Virus record (IMG/VR): IMGVR_UViG_3300026292_000623
Coordinates: 1 to 64,000 of that record
Strand: one strand, 5' to 3'
Origin: a virus
DNA: 64,000 nt
Shown: in pieces, positions 29,585-39,320 of the stretch
Numbering within the stretch: position 1 is the first letter of the stretch
Layout: each line of letters opens with the position of its first letter
Position numbers and translations under genes: made by a program
The notes under the pieces: generated by a model
The model's input: the letters and a program-made list of their open reading frames with translations, nothing else
Told to the model about the DNA's origin: nothing
The model's database searches: none

Positions 29585-29672
29585 TATAGCTTCTCCTATA
29601 TTATATTGCTTAAACCTGTATCAGTGTATATTGCTACTATCGTAAACACTAAAAGTATCGCTATTAATAATT

Positions 29673-29993
29673 TCATATTGTTTCTCCTATAAAGTAATGA
29701 TTTATTAGTCCCATTGCTATCAATGTTACCAATACACCATTAAGCATAATAAGGGCCCTATCGTGCCAAAGCATACCTACCCAAAACCAACCTAAAGTAC
29801 CAAACAATCCAAACCATAAATCAACTAGTGGCATAACACCTGTCGCTCTAGCTACTGTCGCTCCAAGGATTAATATACTTGCTATCCATTTTACATACCA
29901 GGATAAATCACCTTTAGGTGTAACTTTTTTAAATACTCTTGTAGAGTTAAGTTCTTTAATTTTATCGTCTAGTTTTTTTACGTATTGATTCAT
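29673..29993 (-). CDS. small membrane protein
   Basis: Three hydrophobic segments; WYVKW, W.DRALI.LN. Confidence 0.6.
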   Translation of the reverse strand: MNQYVKKLDDKIKELNSTRVFKKVTPKGDLSWYVKWIASILILGATVARATGVMPLVDLWFGLFGTLGWFWVGMLWHDRALIMLNGVLVTLIAMGLINHYFIGETI

Positions 29994-30095
29994 TTTTTCT
30001 TTTTTTATCTTTTAATGTTTTTTCTATTGGAAATAAAATTACATTTTTATATTTGAATAATTGAATTCTCCATTTCAAATATTCTAAATAAGTCA

Positions 30096-30992
30096 TTAAG
30101 TTCCAATAGCATTACCAAACAGATAAACGTGTACTCTTGCCGCAACATTGTATCCACGTTTAAATGCCTTTTCAGCAACTTTACCTGCACCTGCTGTCTG
30201 CTCTTCTTCCCTAGCACCTGTTGGCATAACCCATACTGGCCAGTCAACACCTGCTTCTTTAAACTGTTTTATTACTGATTCCATTTCATCCCACTCTCTA
30301 TCATCTGGGCCTACTACAAACTTTAATTGCCCTTTGCTAGATAGTTTTCTGTACTCTGCAACTACTTCAGGCTTAATAGCCTTATCAGGTTTCTCACCTG
30401 ATACTGTAAATAGTTTAGGACTACAACTAAAAAATATTTCAGTTTTAATTCTTTTAACCCATTCTATAAATGGTTCTCTTAACTTCTGTGTACCATTAGT
30501 TTCAAATGTCATAGAACCTGGCAAGTTATTTTGTCTTTCAAGTTCTTCATATATTCCTATTGTAGCCATTTGCCCTGTTAGCATTAATGGCTCACCACCT
30601 GTAATACATAAATGCTGTCTTTGTCCTGTTACAGGATGTAAAAACAATCCATTTGGATTACTATCATTTTTCATTATGTCTACAATTTTATTTGCTAATA
30701 CTGAAGGAGTTTCTTGGCCCATAAGACTTTTAAACTTTTTGGCCCACGTATAACTACTATCACAACCTTTTTCCCATACAGGTAAATCTTCAACTCTTTC
30801 TACACTTGAAACATCAAAATCTTCAAATGGTAATTCATAACTATCTGGGTTTGTAGGATCTAATTGTCCAAAACCATTACATTGTAGATTACATAAAAAG
30901 AATCTTATCCAGGCAGTAGGAACTCCTGTATAATGTCCTTCGCCTTGTATAGAATGAAATATTTCTGAGTAGTAATATTTTTTCTCTTCCAT
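30096..30992 (-). CDS. queE: 7-carboxy-7-deazaguanine synthase (radical SAM)
   Basis: EIFHSIQGEG..TG.P..WIRF..CNL.C, CDS, ITGGEP, ETNGT, SPK, RVHV. Confidence 0.9.
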   Translation of the reverse strand: MEEKKYYYSEIFHSIQGEGHYTGVPTAWIRFFLCNLQCNGFGQLDPTNPDSYELPFEDFDVSSVERVEDLPVWEKGCDSSYTWAKKFKSLMGQETPSVLANKIVDIMKNDSNPNGLFLHPVTGQRQHLCITGGEPLMLTGQMATIGIYEELERQNNLPGSMTFETNGTQKLREPFIEWVKRIKTEIFFSCSPKLFTVSGEKPDKAIKPEVVAEYRKLSSKGQLKFVVGPDDREWDEMESVIKQFKEAGVDWPVWVMPTGAREEEQTAGAGKVAEKAFKRGYNVAARVHVYLFGNAIGT

Positions 30993-31073
30993 ACTTATTT
31001 ATATCCTTTTGCTTTAAATACTAAGAAAAGATCCGTAATTATTAGGCACCACGGATCTTTTATAAATTTTGAG

Positions 31074-31583
31074 TTACTGTCTTTGAAACGTAAGTTCAAA
31101 AACTTTACCATTTTGATCAGTAAATCTAATTGTACTGTGGCTATACACGTTTTGTTGAACTGTATTATATGTTGTATTAGTTTCACAGATTGTTTGTCTC
31201 TTATAACCAACAATATTATTGTTATTATTCTGAGCATTGTTTTTACCAATCTTAGAACCAATTACTGCACCAACACCTGTTGCAACTTTACTACCGTCTC
31301 CACTTCCAATTTTAGAACCAATTACACCACCAATAATAGCACCTAGTATTTCTGCACCATCTGTACTACCACCTGTGTTTCCATATATCGGAACATCAAC
31401 TTCTCTACAAGTTTGAGTAGATGGGTTGGGTGTTTTGATTGTTTTAACGATATAATGATCTTTAATATACGCCCTATCTGTCTTTACAGGATCAGATGTA
31501 AATCCACCTGCACTAGCAGTTGACGTATATGTTAAAATTATTGCAACTGTTAATGTTACAATACTAGTTATTACTTTTCCCAT
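31074..31583 (-). CDS. exported glycine-zipper protein (YcfJ-like)
   Basis: Signal peptide; GAIIGGVIG..IG.G.G...AT.VGAVIG; flanking Cys pair. Confidence 0.75.
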   Translation of the reverse strand: MGKVITSIVTLTVAIILTYTSTASAGGFTSDPVKTDRAYIKDHYIVKTIKTPNPSTQTCREVDVPIYGNTGGSTDGAEILGAIIGGVIGSKIGSGDGSKVATGVGAVIGSKIGKNNAQNNNNNIVGYKRQTICETNTTYNTVQQNVYSHSTIRFTDQNGKVFELTFQRQ

Positions 31584-32358
31584 TTGTAACCTCCTTGATT
31601 AATAGGGTTTCATTTACCTTAACAACGTTCTTTATTATACTATGATTTAGGATATTTGTCAATGCTTTTACATCTTTAGGAAAACAAGATCCACTATATC
31701 CTAGTGTTCCTTGAGAGTTTGGCACTAGCATATGTGTCGATCCTATAGTAGGAAATTTTCCTAATACACTAGATAAAGTGCCATAGTTTACCTCAGGTTG
31801 TATTTTATCATATAACTCATGAAACCAAGCCACTTTTGTAGCTAACCAGGCGTTATGAGTATATTTTATTATACTTGCTGTCTCTCTATTGGTAAATTCT
31901 GTTGGAATAGCAACTGTATGAATTTCATTAAATAAGTCTGCCCACCAAACGGCATCATCATACATATTATCATGATGTCCAAATATCTGTATATGTTGGT
32001 TAGCAAAATCTTCTTTTGCACTTGCTTCACGTAAAAATTCTGGGTTGTATACTACGTTATTATCGTAGCCACTTAATAAGTCTGGTGTTACAGTACTCTT
32101 TAATAATATTCTTTCTCCGTGGTTGCATAACTTTAATACTTCTCTAATATGTTTATCGTCGCAACTTCCATCTTCTTTACTTGGTGTTGGTACACAAATA
32201 ATTATACCATCTGCTTTAATTATAGCATCAATAGGATAATTTTCTGGATATAGTTTAGGATCAACTCTAGTTACTTCTACTCCGCCTTGCTCTAAAAAGT
32301 CAGCAACTGTTCCTCCTACAAACCCACAACCAAATACTGCTATCTTATATGTCTTCAA
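31564..32358 (-). CDS. UDP-glucose/GDP-mannose 6-dehydrogenase family (short form)
   Basis: GCGFVG, CVPTP, KSTV.P, NPEFLRE, K...NAWLATKV, GYSGSCFPKD. Confidence 0.85.
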   Translation of the reverse strand: MKTYKIAVFGCGFVGGTVADFLEQGGVEVTRVDPKLYPENYPIDAIIKADGIIICVPTPSKEDGSCDDKHIREVLKLCNHGERILLKSTVTPDLLSGYDNNVVYNPEFLREASAKEDFANQHIQIFGHHDNMYDDAVWWADLFNEIHTVAIPTEFTNRETASIIKYTHNAWLATKVAWFHELYDKIQPEVNYGTLSSVLGKFPTIGSTHMLVPNSQGTLGYSGSCFPKDVKALTNILNHSIIKNVVKVNETLLIKEVTNGKSNN

Positions 32359-33120
32359 TTATCTATCCTTTAAATATTTTTGAAATGTTACTGTTCCTGT
32401 TTTTATTAACTTTTTCCAATCTTCTCTTGGTTCAGTTTCTAATGCTCTACACAGGTTGAGATATTCTCCTTCTACCTCATTTAATAGTCTTCCTATGTTA
32501 ACAATATAATTTGGAGCTAACTCTGCTAGGTATGGAAAGTTTGTTGTAACATTTTTCATATCTATCATTTTAACATAAGTTGATTTTAGTTTTTCTCTTC
32601 TAGATCTAACACTATCTTCTAAAGTTAAATCATACAGCCTTCTACCAATTAACCACTCATAGTCTCCAGCTATCATCATAATATTTTTATAAGGTTTACA
32701 TTCTTTTAATATATCTGAATTAATTTGCCAAGTACGAGCTTTACCTGGATTGTGTTGAGCTGATAATTTTAATGCAATACTTTTATACGACTTTTTTTCA
32801 ACATAGTCAGGCATAAAATACTTTTCGTGATCATTTAATGATATATACTCTTTTTCTGTTAGGCCTAGTTTTCTTAGTCTAGGTGGCATCGCTATCTTGT
32901 CAACAGGCATTTTAGTATTAATATGCCAACTTACTCCATCACACTTATAATGTAAAGGTAAGTCAAATTCGTATTTCGTTCCAGCTGACCCGGCGACTGG
33001 ACTATATAAATATCTTCCCTTAAACTTTGGAAAGTCGTTATGTTGATTGATAAACCATAACAGCCAGGTGCCGGGCCAACCCGAATCGTGCCAAACTAAA
33101 AATAACTTTTTATTTTTCAT
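32359..33120 (-). CDS. hypothetical protein, possibly sulfotransferase-like fold
   Basis: SGWPGTWLLWFINQH N-terminal loop; otherwise unrecognised. Confidence 0.4.
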   Translation of the reverse strand: MKNKKLFLVWHDSGWPGTWLLWFINQHNDFPKFKGRYLYSPVAGSAGTKYEFDLPLHYKCDGVSWHINTKMPVDKIAMPPRLRKLGLTEKEYISLNDHEKYFMPDYVEKKSYKSIALKLSAQHNPGKARTWQINSDILKECKPYKNIMMIAGDYEWLIGRRLYDLTLEDSVRSRREKLKSTYVKMIDMKNVTTNFPYLAELAPNYIVNIGRLLNEVEGEYLNLCRALETEPREDWKKLIKTGTVTFQKYLKDR

Positions 33121-33599
33121 TATACTAAATTACTATACTTCTTTAATTTTAGTTTCTTAACTTTTTTACGTGCTTTAATCTCATCTTTAGTAATATAACC
33201 TGCATCTTTGATTAAGTCAATCATATATGCTACATCACCTACTTCTTCAATTAAGGCTTGTATCTTTTTCTTGTCAATACCCCATCTAGCAATCTTCATA
33301 CATATTTGTACTAACTCGCCACATTCTTCAGCAGTTATACAAAATAATTCTTTTTCTTTATTTAGATCTGATTTAACAATTTCTTCTTTGAATTCTGTTT
33401 TCACTTCGTGTTCTCTCCATACCGTTGAATATCCATCTGGGTATGCTGACTGATAGTAATCAATTCCTTGATGATTTCGCATTTTCCATAACATCCAATC
33501 GTAGTATCTTTCTGGTTCTTTATCTTCTGCCAACTCATTATTCCTTCTCTGATTATTCCCATAAGTGATCGTAATATTTGCCAAACAGCCTATAACCAT
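33120..33599 (-). CDS. MazG-like nucleotide pyrophosphohydrolase domain protein
   Basis: EECGELVQ...K..R ... EEVGDV; true start uncertain. Confidence 0.7.
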   Translation of the reverse strand: MVIGCLANITITYGNNQRRNNELAEDKEPERYYDWMLWKMRNHQGIDYYQSAYPDGYSTVWREHEVKTEFKEEIVKSDLNKEKELFCITAEECGELVQICMKIARWGIDKKKIQALIEEVGDVAYMIDLIKDAGYITKDEIKARKKVKKLKLKKYSNLV

Positions 33600-34041
33600 T
33601 TTCTACTCGATCTCTATATTTCTGCATTCCTTTTTTGTCAACTTTATATGTATGATTAGGACCTTCTGTCATTTCCATCAAGCCAGGTTCTATCTTGTCT
33701 TTTAATTTCATATCCCATACACCAGAAGTAAACTCTTGTTCCCAATCATATAGTTTAGATTTAAAAGCAAATATCATTTCGTCTAGTATCCACTCCCAAC
33801 ACTCTTCATCTGTTTTATATTGTATTGGAGCATCTAAACTTTCTTCTAATAGAACAGGTATACCTTTTGTATTTGATTTTTTTAATTGAACTAGCATAGG
33901 ATGGATAATATGTGCTAATGTCACATCCATATTAAAAGTATCCCATTCATCAATCTTTACAGATATATGTTGCTCTTTATTCATACCCATCTTATAAAGT
34001 ATTCCAGATGGATTTGGATAATCTTTAATATTAACTTTCAT
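33553..34041 (-). CDS. hypothetical phage protein
   Basis: D.WDT..MD.TLA.II.PML.QLK; W.WILDEMIFAF; G..LFGKY. Confidence 0.6.
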   Translation of the reverse strand: MKVNIKDYPNPSGILYKMGMNKEQHISVKIDEWDTFNMDVTLAHIIHPMLVQLKKSNTKGIPVLLEESLDAPIQYKTDEECWEWILDEMIFAFKSKLYDWEQEFTSGVWDMKLKDKIEPGLMEMTEGPNHTYKVDKKGMQKYRDRVENGYRLFGKYYDHLWE

Positions 34042-34249
34042 AGTTTACTACCTTTACATTATTTCTAGTTGATTTTTTCCGCCAAACGTCTGCGGCCTTT
34101 TCTGCGTCTGTCTTAGACTTATAAGTTTCTGGAACAAGATCCCAACAATGTTTGCTATTACTTTTTGTTACATAGATCCAATCGTTAGGAGCAAGTTCAA
34201 CTTTTATTGCATATTGTTTCGTCACTTTGCCTCCCAATGTTCGTTGCAC
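34031..34249 (-). CDS. hypothetical protein
   Basis: Short ORF filling operon gap. Confidence 0.5.
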   Translation of the reverse strand: MQRTLGGKVTKQYAIKVELAPNDWIYVTKSNSKHCWDLVPETYKSKTDAEKAADVWRKKSTRNNVKVVNYES

Positions 34250-34797
34250 CTTGGTTCATAAGTTTCTGCACCACCTACTTTTACTCTTTCACTCATTTTA
34301 GTGGCTCTTAGTCTTTGAGTTTTACCAGCATCTAAACCACATACAGTACAAAATGCTTTTATTTTTAATACTTCATCAGCTAATGCTAAACATCTTGATG
34401 TAGTTTCAAAAGGCACTCCTCTACTATCTTGATCTAATCCTGATACTACAAAATTAACTCCTTCTCTCAAACCTTCTTCAATGAACCACATAGTTTCTGA
34501 CGTATCAAAAAATTGCACTTCATCAATGAATACTGTGTGAAAGTTATAAGGTTTAATTGTGTAATTGTCTTTGACTAACTCAAGGTCTATTACTGCTACT
34601 GCTGGATGTTTTAATTGATTGTGTGTGACAATAAAATTACTATCATACCTATCATCAATAACTGGCTTCAGCACTAGAACCTTGTGTCCGCCATGTTCGA
34701 TAAAGAGCAATCGCTTTAGAAGCTCACTGCTCTTACCGGCAAACATAGGGCCTGCGATGACCTCTAGTTTGCCTCTTTTATATGGTTTAACTGACAT
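34222..34797 (-). CDS. tdk: thymidine kinase
   Basis: GPMFAGKS, IDEVQFF, GLD.D, CTVC, GG.E.YEPRC. Confidence 0.95.
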   Translation of the reverse strand: MSVKPYKRGKLEVIAGPMFAGKSSELLKRLLFIEHGGHKVLVLKPVIDDRYDSNFIVTHNQLKHPAVAVIDLELVKDNYTIKPYNFHTVFIDEVQFFDTSETMWFIEEGLREGVNFVVSGLDQDSRGVPFETTSRCLALADEVLKIKAFCTVCGLDAGKTQRLRATKMSERVKVGGAETYEPRCNEHWEAK

Positions 34798-37484
34798 TAA
34801 AATGTTACCTTATAGTTAATGCCAAATTCAACAGTATCGTTTTCAGTACCTGCATAGTTTGTTCTCATCTCTGCAAAACTTGAGATTGAACTATTTTCAG
34901 TAAGTCCTACATTGTAAAACACACCAAAGTCTATCTCTCTATTTTGTGACTTTAACGAACTGTTTATTTCGCTATTCTCAATATCACCATTAGCACTTAC
35001 TGTAGAAGGCATATTAAACTTCGCATCTCCATCTACTATAGCAACTGGCATACTTGTTGTAAACCCGAAGCTATGGGTGTCTATTGTACGTTTAACACCT
35101 ATTGTAGCACTATTTGACAACATTAAATCTGCACTTTTAAGCATTGAGCTTTTATCAACGTTTAGATTAGTGAAACCTACTGTTGCACTACCAAACACGT
35201 TAACGCCATTTCCTACATCAAAATTATTGTTATAACCTACGTATGTAGTTTGTGAACCGTTAACTCTCATAAGAGGACTATCAGCAATATTACCTAAGAA
35301 GCTTTTATCTTCTGTAATATAACCTATTGTAAACTTATTTATGTTTGTAGCAATTCCGTACTGACTAGCATTTTCATTGACACTTAACATTGTATTATAC
35401 GATACTGGTACAAAATGTCCACCTGTATAACCTGCATAATAGTTTGTATCAAATCCTGCTTTAGTATTTAAAATAGCACTAGTAGTTCTAGTATCATTAA
35501 CTTGAACCATACTATTTCCATCAAAGTAATAGTCTCTGTCATATTCGTCAACTACCATTACTTCAGTCAATGCTGAAATTGTAGCACCACCACTCATTGC
35601 AATAGTACCGTCTACACTAACTGTATTTCCATCTGCTCTACCTGTTGTAGGAATACCAACTGCACCTTGTGGAAGTGTTGCCGCATCTAAATCCAACAAA
35701 CCTTGACCATGAACGTTAACATCATAATTTGCTATTGTTTTATCTGCTGTCGTTAACAATAACTTCTTAATGTTTTCACCTTTCATATGTGGCCACATTT
35801 GATGTATAATAGCAACTGCACCACTAACCTGTGGAGCCGCCATCGACGTACCACTATTAGTTCTGTATTCACCATTAGCATCTGGTGCCGCAATATATCT
35901 ACCTGGCGCCATAATATAATGATCACTAACTCTATTATTTGAATTACAAGTATTAGTAATCGCATTAAAGTCATAACAGATAGTACCTGCTTTGTTACTA
36001 CCGTGTGCTATCTTATTAGTTCTTGTATCCCAATTACCAACAATAATAACTCTTTCACCAACACCTTCTTCAAATGCAAGTTTACTTGGTTGTCCTGCAA
36101 AATCAGCATTTTGATTACCTGCCGCTAATACAAGAATTGCTTCATGACCTTTCATTGCTTCAACAATATTTTTGTAATATAGATCACTACTGTATAGAGC
36201 CGCATATCCATATTTGTCATATGTAATACCATTTCTACCTCTTGTATCATTTGCAAAATACATACCCGGTGATACTTCTGTAGCACTATTCATATAAGTT
36301 CTATCAAAGTTATAGTTTGCACTTATATTGATTACATCAGCACCATGCTCAACTGACCAAGCAATAGCTTCATCGGCTGTACTAAAATCAAACATACCAA
36401 AGTTCCAGGCTGTTTTAGCAATTAATAGATCTGCATCTGGAGCAACACCTGTAGTACCTACGCCATCTAAATTACCTGCCGCGATACCTGCAACGTGTGT
36501 TCCGTGTGAATATCTATTTCCATCATGAATAGTTTCATGACCAGCTTTACAAGCACCTGTGAAACATTGTGCTCCTATAATTTTATTTTCAAACTCACTG
36601 TGGTCCATATCAATACCAGTATCTAGTATAGCAATGACACTACCGTCACCTGTATATCCTCTACTCCAGGCCGCCGGTGCACCAATTACTTCTAAATGAT
36701 TACCATAGTGTTTAGAAAGAACTTCTGTAGTATACCACTCATTAATTCTACTATTCATATTCCAAACTGCATCTTTATAAGTTTGTGTATCATACAAAGA
36801 TACATCAGACCTAGCAAGATATTCAGCTTCAGTTAAAGTAATAACTACTGTATCTTCTTTTGGTTCTTCAATTACTACTGCATATTCTCTGATAAGTTCT
36901 CTTTCAACTTTTGTTTCAGTTTCAGCAGTCTTTTCTATTTTGATTGTTTTAACATCACTAGTAGAACCTTTTGATCCATCACTATAATGTTTAATAGTTT
37001 GTGTATTCTGCCAATGTTGTTTTTTAATAGGAGTAGAATATATTTTAGTAACAACTGCAAATTCTTTAACAGTATTACCAGTTCGTTCTTCTACAACTAC
37101 TGAACTTTCACTAGCAACGACAGTATCACCTTTAGTCACAATAACACCATTAGTAACTTTAGTTTCTGTTTTAACCAAAGTAACTACTGATTCTTTTTTA
37201 TTGATCAGTGATTGAAATTTTACTATTTCACCTTTTTGCCATTCATATCTGGCTTTCATATTTTGGAACCATGAATATTTTCCAAATAGGTGATCGTACC
37301 TTGTAATTAAACTACCGTACGTTTTATTACTTCTCTCATATGCTTTAATCATTGAAGTAGAGAAGCTGATTTGCAATCCGCTATTTAAACTAGACGCATA
37401 ATCATAATAGCTCTTAAATTGACTAGCATTTGCTGATGTAGACAATCCTACAATTAACAATGCAACTGCAATTAGCTTTTTCAT
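34797..37484 (-). CDS. exported S8 subtilisin-like protease with C-terminal beta-barrel (autotransporter-like)
   Basis: Signal peptide; DTG, HGTHVAG, AAGN, GTSMAAP; amphipathic beta C-terminus ending YKVTF. Confidence 0.85.
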   Translation of the reverse strand: MKKLIAVALLIVGLSTSANASQFKSYYDYASSLNSGLQISFSTSMIKAYERSNKTYGSLITRYDHLFGKYSWFQNMKARYEWQKGEIVKFQSLINKKESVVTLVKTETKVTNGVIVTKGDTVVASESSVVVEERTGNTVKEFAVVTKIYSTPIKKQHWQNTQTIKHYSDGSKGSTSDVKTIKIEKTAETETKVERELIREYAVVIEEPKEDTVVITLTEAEYLARSDVSLYDTQTYKDAVWNMNSRINEWYTTEVLSKHYGNHLEVIGAPAAWSRGYTGDGSVIAILDTGIDMDHSEFENKIIGAQCFTGACKAGHETIHDGNRYSHGTHVAGIAAGNLDGVGTTGVAPDADLLIAKTAWNFGMFDFSTADEAIAWSVEHGADVINISANYNFDRTYMNSATEVSPGMYFANDTRGRNGITYDKYGYAALYSSDLYYKNIVEAMKGHEAILVLAAGNQNADFAGQPSKLAFEEGVGERVIIVGNWDTRTNKIAHGSNKAGTICYDFNAITNTCNSNNRVSDHYIMAPGRYIAAPDANGEYRTNSGTSMAAPQVSGAVAIIHQMWPHMKGENIKKLLLTTADKTIANYDVNVHGQGLLDLDAATLPQGAVGIPTTGRADGNTVSVDGTIAMSGGATISALTEVMVVDEYDRDYYFDGNSMVQVNDTRTTSAILNTKAGFDTNYYAGYTGGHFVPVSYNTMLSVNENASQYGIATNINKFTIGYITEDKSFLGNIADSPLMRVNGSQTTYVGYNNNFDVGNGVNVFGSATVGFTNLNVDKSSMLKSADLMLSNSATIGVKRTIDTHSFGFTTSMPVAIVDGDAKFNMPSTVSANGDIENSEINSSLKSQNREIDFGVFYNVGLTENSSISSFAEMRTNYAGTENDTVEFGINYKVTF

Positions 37485-37522
37485 AATAGTCTCCTGACTG
37501 TTTTTAGTTTATCAATACATAT

Positions 37523-37551
37523 ATAATAACAAAGAATACCAAGAATGTCAA
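37523..37551 (-). promoter_or_regulatory. sigma70-type promoter
   Basis: TTGACA-17 nt-TATTAT upstream of S8 protease. Confidence 0.7.
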
Positions 37552-37591
37552 CCGAAATGTCTTGGTTAAAAGCCCAATAAAATCAAGGGTT

Positions 37592-38134
37592 TTATAAAAT
37601 TTCGTATAAACTCTGCCCTTTTTGGCGTATTTTTGTGTTACCTGTGTCAGTTTCTAGCTCTTTATTATCGTACTCTATGCCATAGATTATAACATCATTA
37701 TCTATGCTTTTAGCATAGAATTTAAGTAACTCTTTTTTAAACTCGTCAGTGTCTATTTCAGCTTGAAAAAACATACCTTTTTCGTATGTAAGGGATTTTA
37801 GATAGAATCCAGGATCTCTATCATTTGGATCTATTATTTGATTTCTTGTTATTGTTGGATTTGCTGATGTATATACATCTTTGCCATTCTCATCTTTTAC
37901 TGTAATTTTACAATCATCTGCATTCACTCCATAAGTGTGTGCTATATCACCTGTATCATAAAAGTTTCCAATATATCTTTCATCATCTTCAGGAATATTA
38001 TCTGCATAATTAAACAAATGATCTGTTAATGCTTCATCGGGTTGAGATTCCCAATACTCGTAGGCTTCTTGCGATAGTGTACCTACTACAATTTCTCCGC
38101 CAGAACCAGTAATTTCAATATCATATATTGCCAT
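37592..38134 (-). CDS. hypothetical acidic phage protein
   Basis: Likely start MAIYDIEITGSGGE; EKG.FF motif. Confidence 0.6.
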   Translation of the reverse strand: MAIYDIEITGSGGEIVVGTLSQEAYEYWESQPDEALTDHLFNYADNIPEDDERYIGNFYDTGDIAHTYGVNADDCKITVKDENGKDVYTSANPTITRNQIIDPNDRDPGFYLKSLTYEKGMFFQAEIDTDEFKKELLKFYAKSIDNDVIIYGIEYDNKELETDTGNTKIRQKGQSLYEIL

Positions 38135-38621
38135 AGTTCCTTTCTCCTTCCCAAGGAAATACAACCCAGACGTCTTTCTCCATCTTGTTTATTTCCAAGG
38201 CTGTGTAGTCTACTTCACCAAATTTACTGGCTCCATTATCTACAAGAGCGGCAGTTCTTACATTAAGACCCCATCGTGCATCATCAAATTCTGTTTCCAT
38301 CCAGTCTTGTTGTATCCACTTAAAGGTACGACCACTATCATTTATATCATCAAATACTAAAATGTTTTTACCATTTCTAGCATCTTGTGCCATTCTCTTA
38401 TTGCTTTCGGGATCGTTGTCTTTGTCTACATCTCTAAATCTAACATCAAGAGCATACATTTTAATACCTGTTGTGTTAGACATAATAGTGGCAGGAACTA
38501 ATCCGCCACGTGTTAACCCAACTATGTAGTCGGGTCTCCAATTATCTGCATACATAAGATTATTAATAGTAGTAATCATATGTTCGATATCTTTCCAAGT
38601 GTAATAAACTTTATCTACCAT
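38121..38621 (-). CDS. type I phosphoribosyltransferase (Gpt/XGPRT-like)
   Basis: VGLTRGGLVPA, ILVFDDINDSGRT PRPP loop, WVVFPWE. Confidence 0.9.
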   Translation of the reverse strand: MVDKVYYTWKDIEHMITTINNLMYADNWRPDYIVGLTRGGLVPATIMSNTTGIKMYALDVRFRDVDKDNDPESNKRMAQDARNGKNILVFDDINDSGRTFKWIQQDWMETEFDDARWGLNVRTAALVDNGASKFGEVDYTALEINKMEKDVWVVFPWEGERNYGNI

Positions 38622-38633
38622 GACTACTATTCC

Positions 38634-39320
38634 TTACCTTGGTGCAAATTCTTGTTGTAATTTGATTTGATTAAAGAACTCTGCTTTTGTTCCTGGGTCT
38701 TGAAAGAAAGCACCTTCAAGAACTGTGGTTTGAGTTAAACTGCTATGGGCCATTATGCCTCTATTTTCACAACAACCATGTGTTGCTTGAACATATACTC
38801 CAACATTTTTACTGCCTGTTGCTTTCATAATTTCGTGTGCAATTACATTATTAAGTTCTTCTTGTAATGTTCCACGTCTTGCACACCATTGTGCAATTCT
38901 TGTATACTTACTTAATCCAATAAGTTTCTCTGCCGCAAGTATTCCAATATATGCAACACCACTTACTGGTTGATGATGATGAGAGCAAACACTTTTAAGT
39001 TCACTTCGTACAACTAACATTCCTTTATAACCATCTTCAATATGATTAGGAAATGCCGTTGCATTTGGCATAGGATTATACCTACCACTCATTAATTCAT
39101 TAATATACATTTTAGCTAAACGTCTACCTGTATCCATACTGTTAGGATCGTTTTCTCTGTCAATTACTAAACTGTCTATTATTGCTTCAAACTTTGGTGT
39201 AAGTTCTTTTATAAGTTCTTGTTTATCACCTTCTTGTAATACCTTACTGATATTATCACCTGCCCAATATCTAATATTAGCATCTTTTAGTTTTTGTTTT
39301 ATTTCATCACTTTTTGCCAT
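38634..39320 (-). CDS. folE: GTP cyclohydrolase I
   Basis: SVCSHH, GLSKY.R, LQEEL, ATHGC...RG. Confidence 0.95.
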   Translation of the reverse strand: MAKSDEIKQKLKDANIRYWAGDNISKVLQEGDKQELIKELTPKFEAIIDSLVIDRENDPNSMDTGRRLAKMYINELMSGRYNPMPNATAFPNHIEDGYKGMLVVRSELKSVCSHHHQPVSGVAYIGILAAEKLIGLSKYTRIAQWCARRGTLQEELNNVIAHEIMKATGSKNVGVYVQATHGCCENRGIMAHSSLTQTTVLEGAFFQDPGTKAEFFNQIKLQQEFAPR

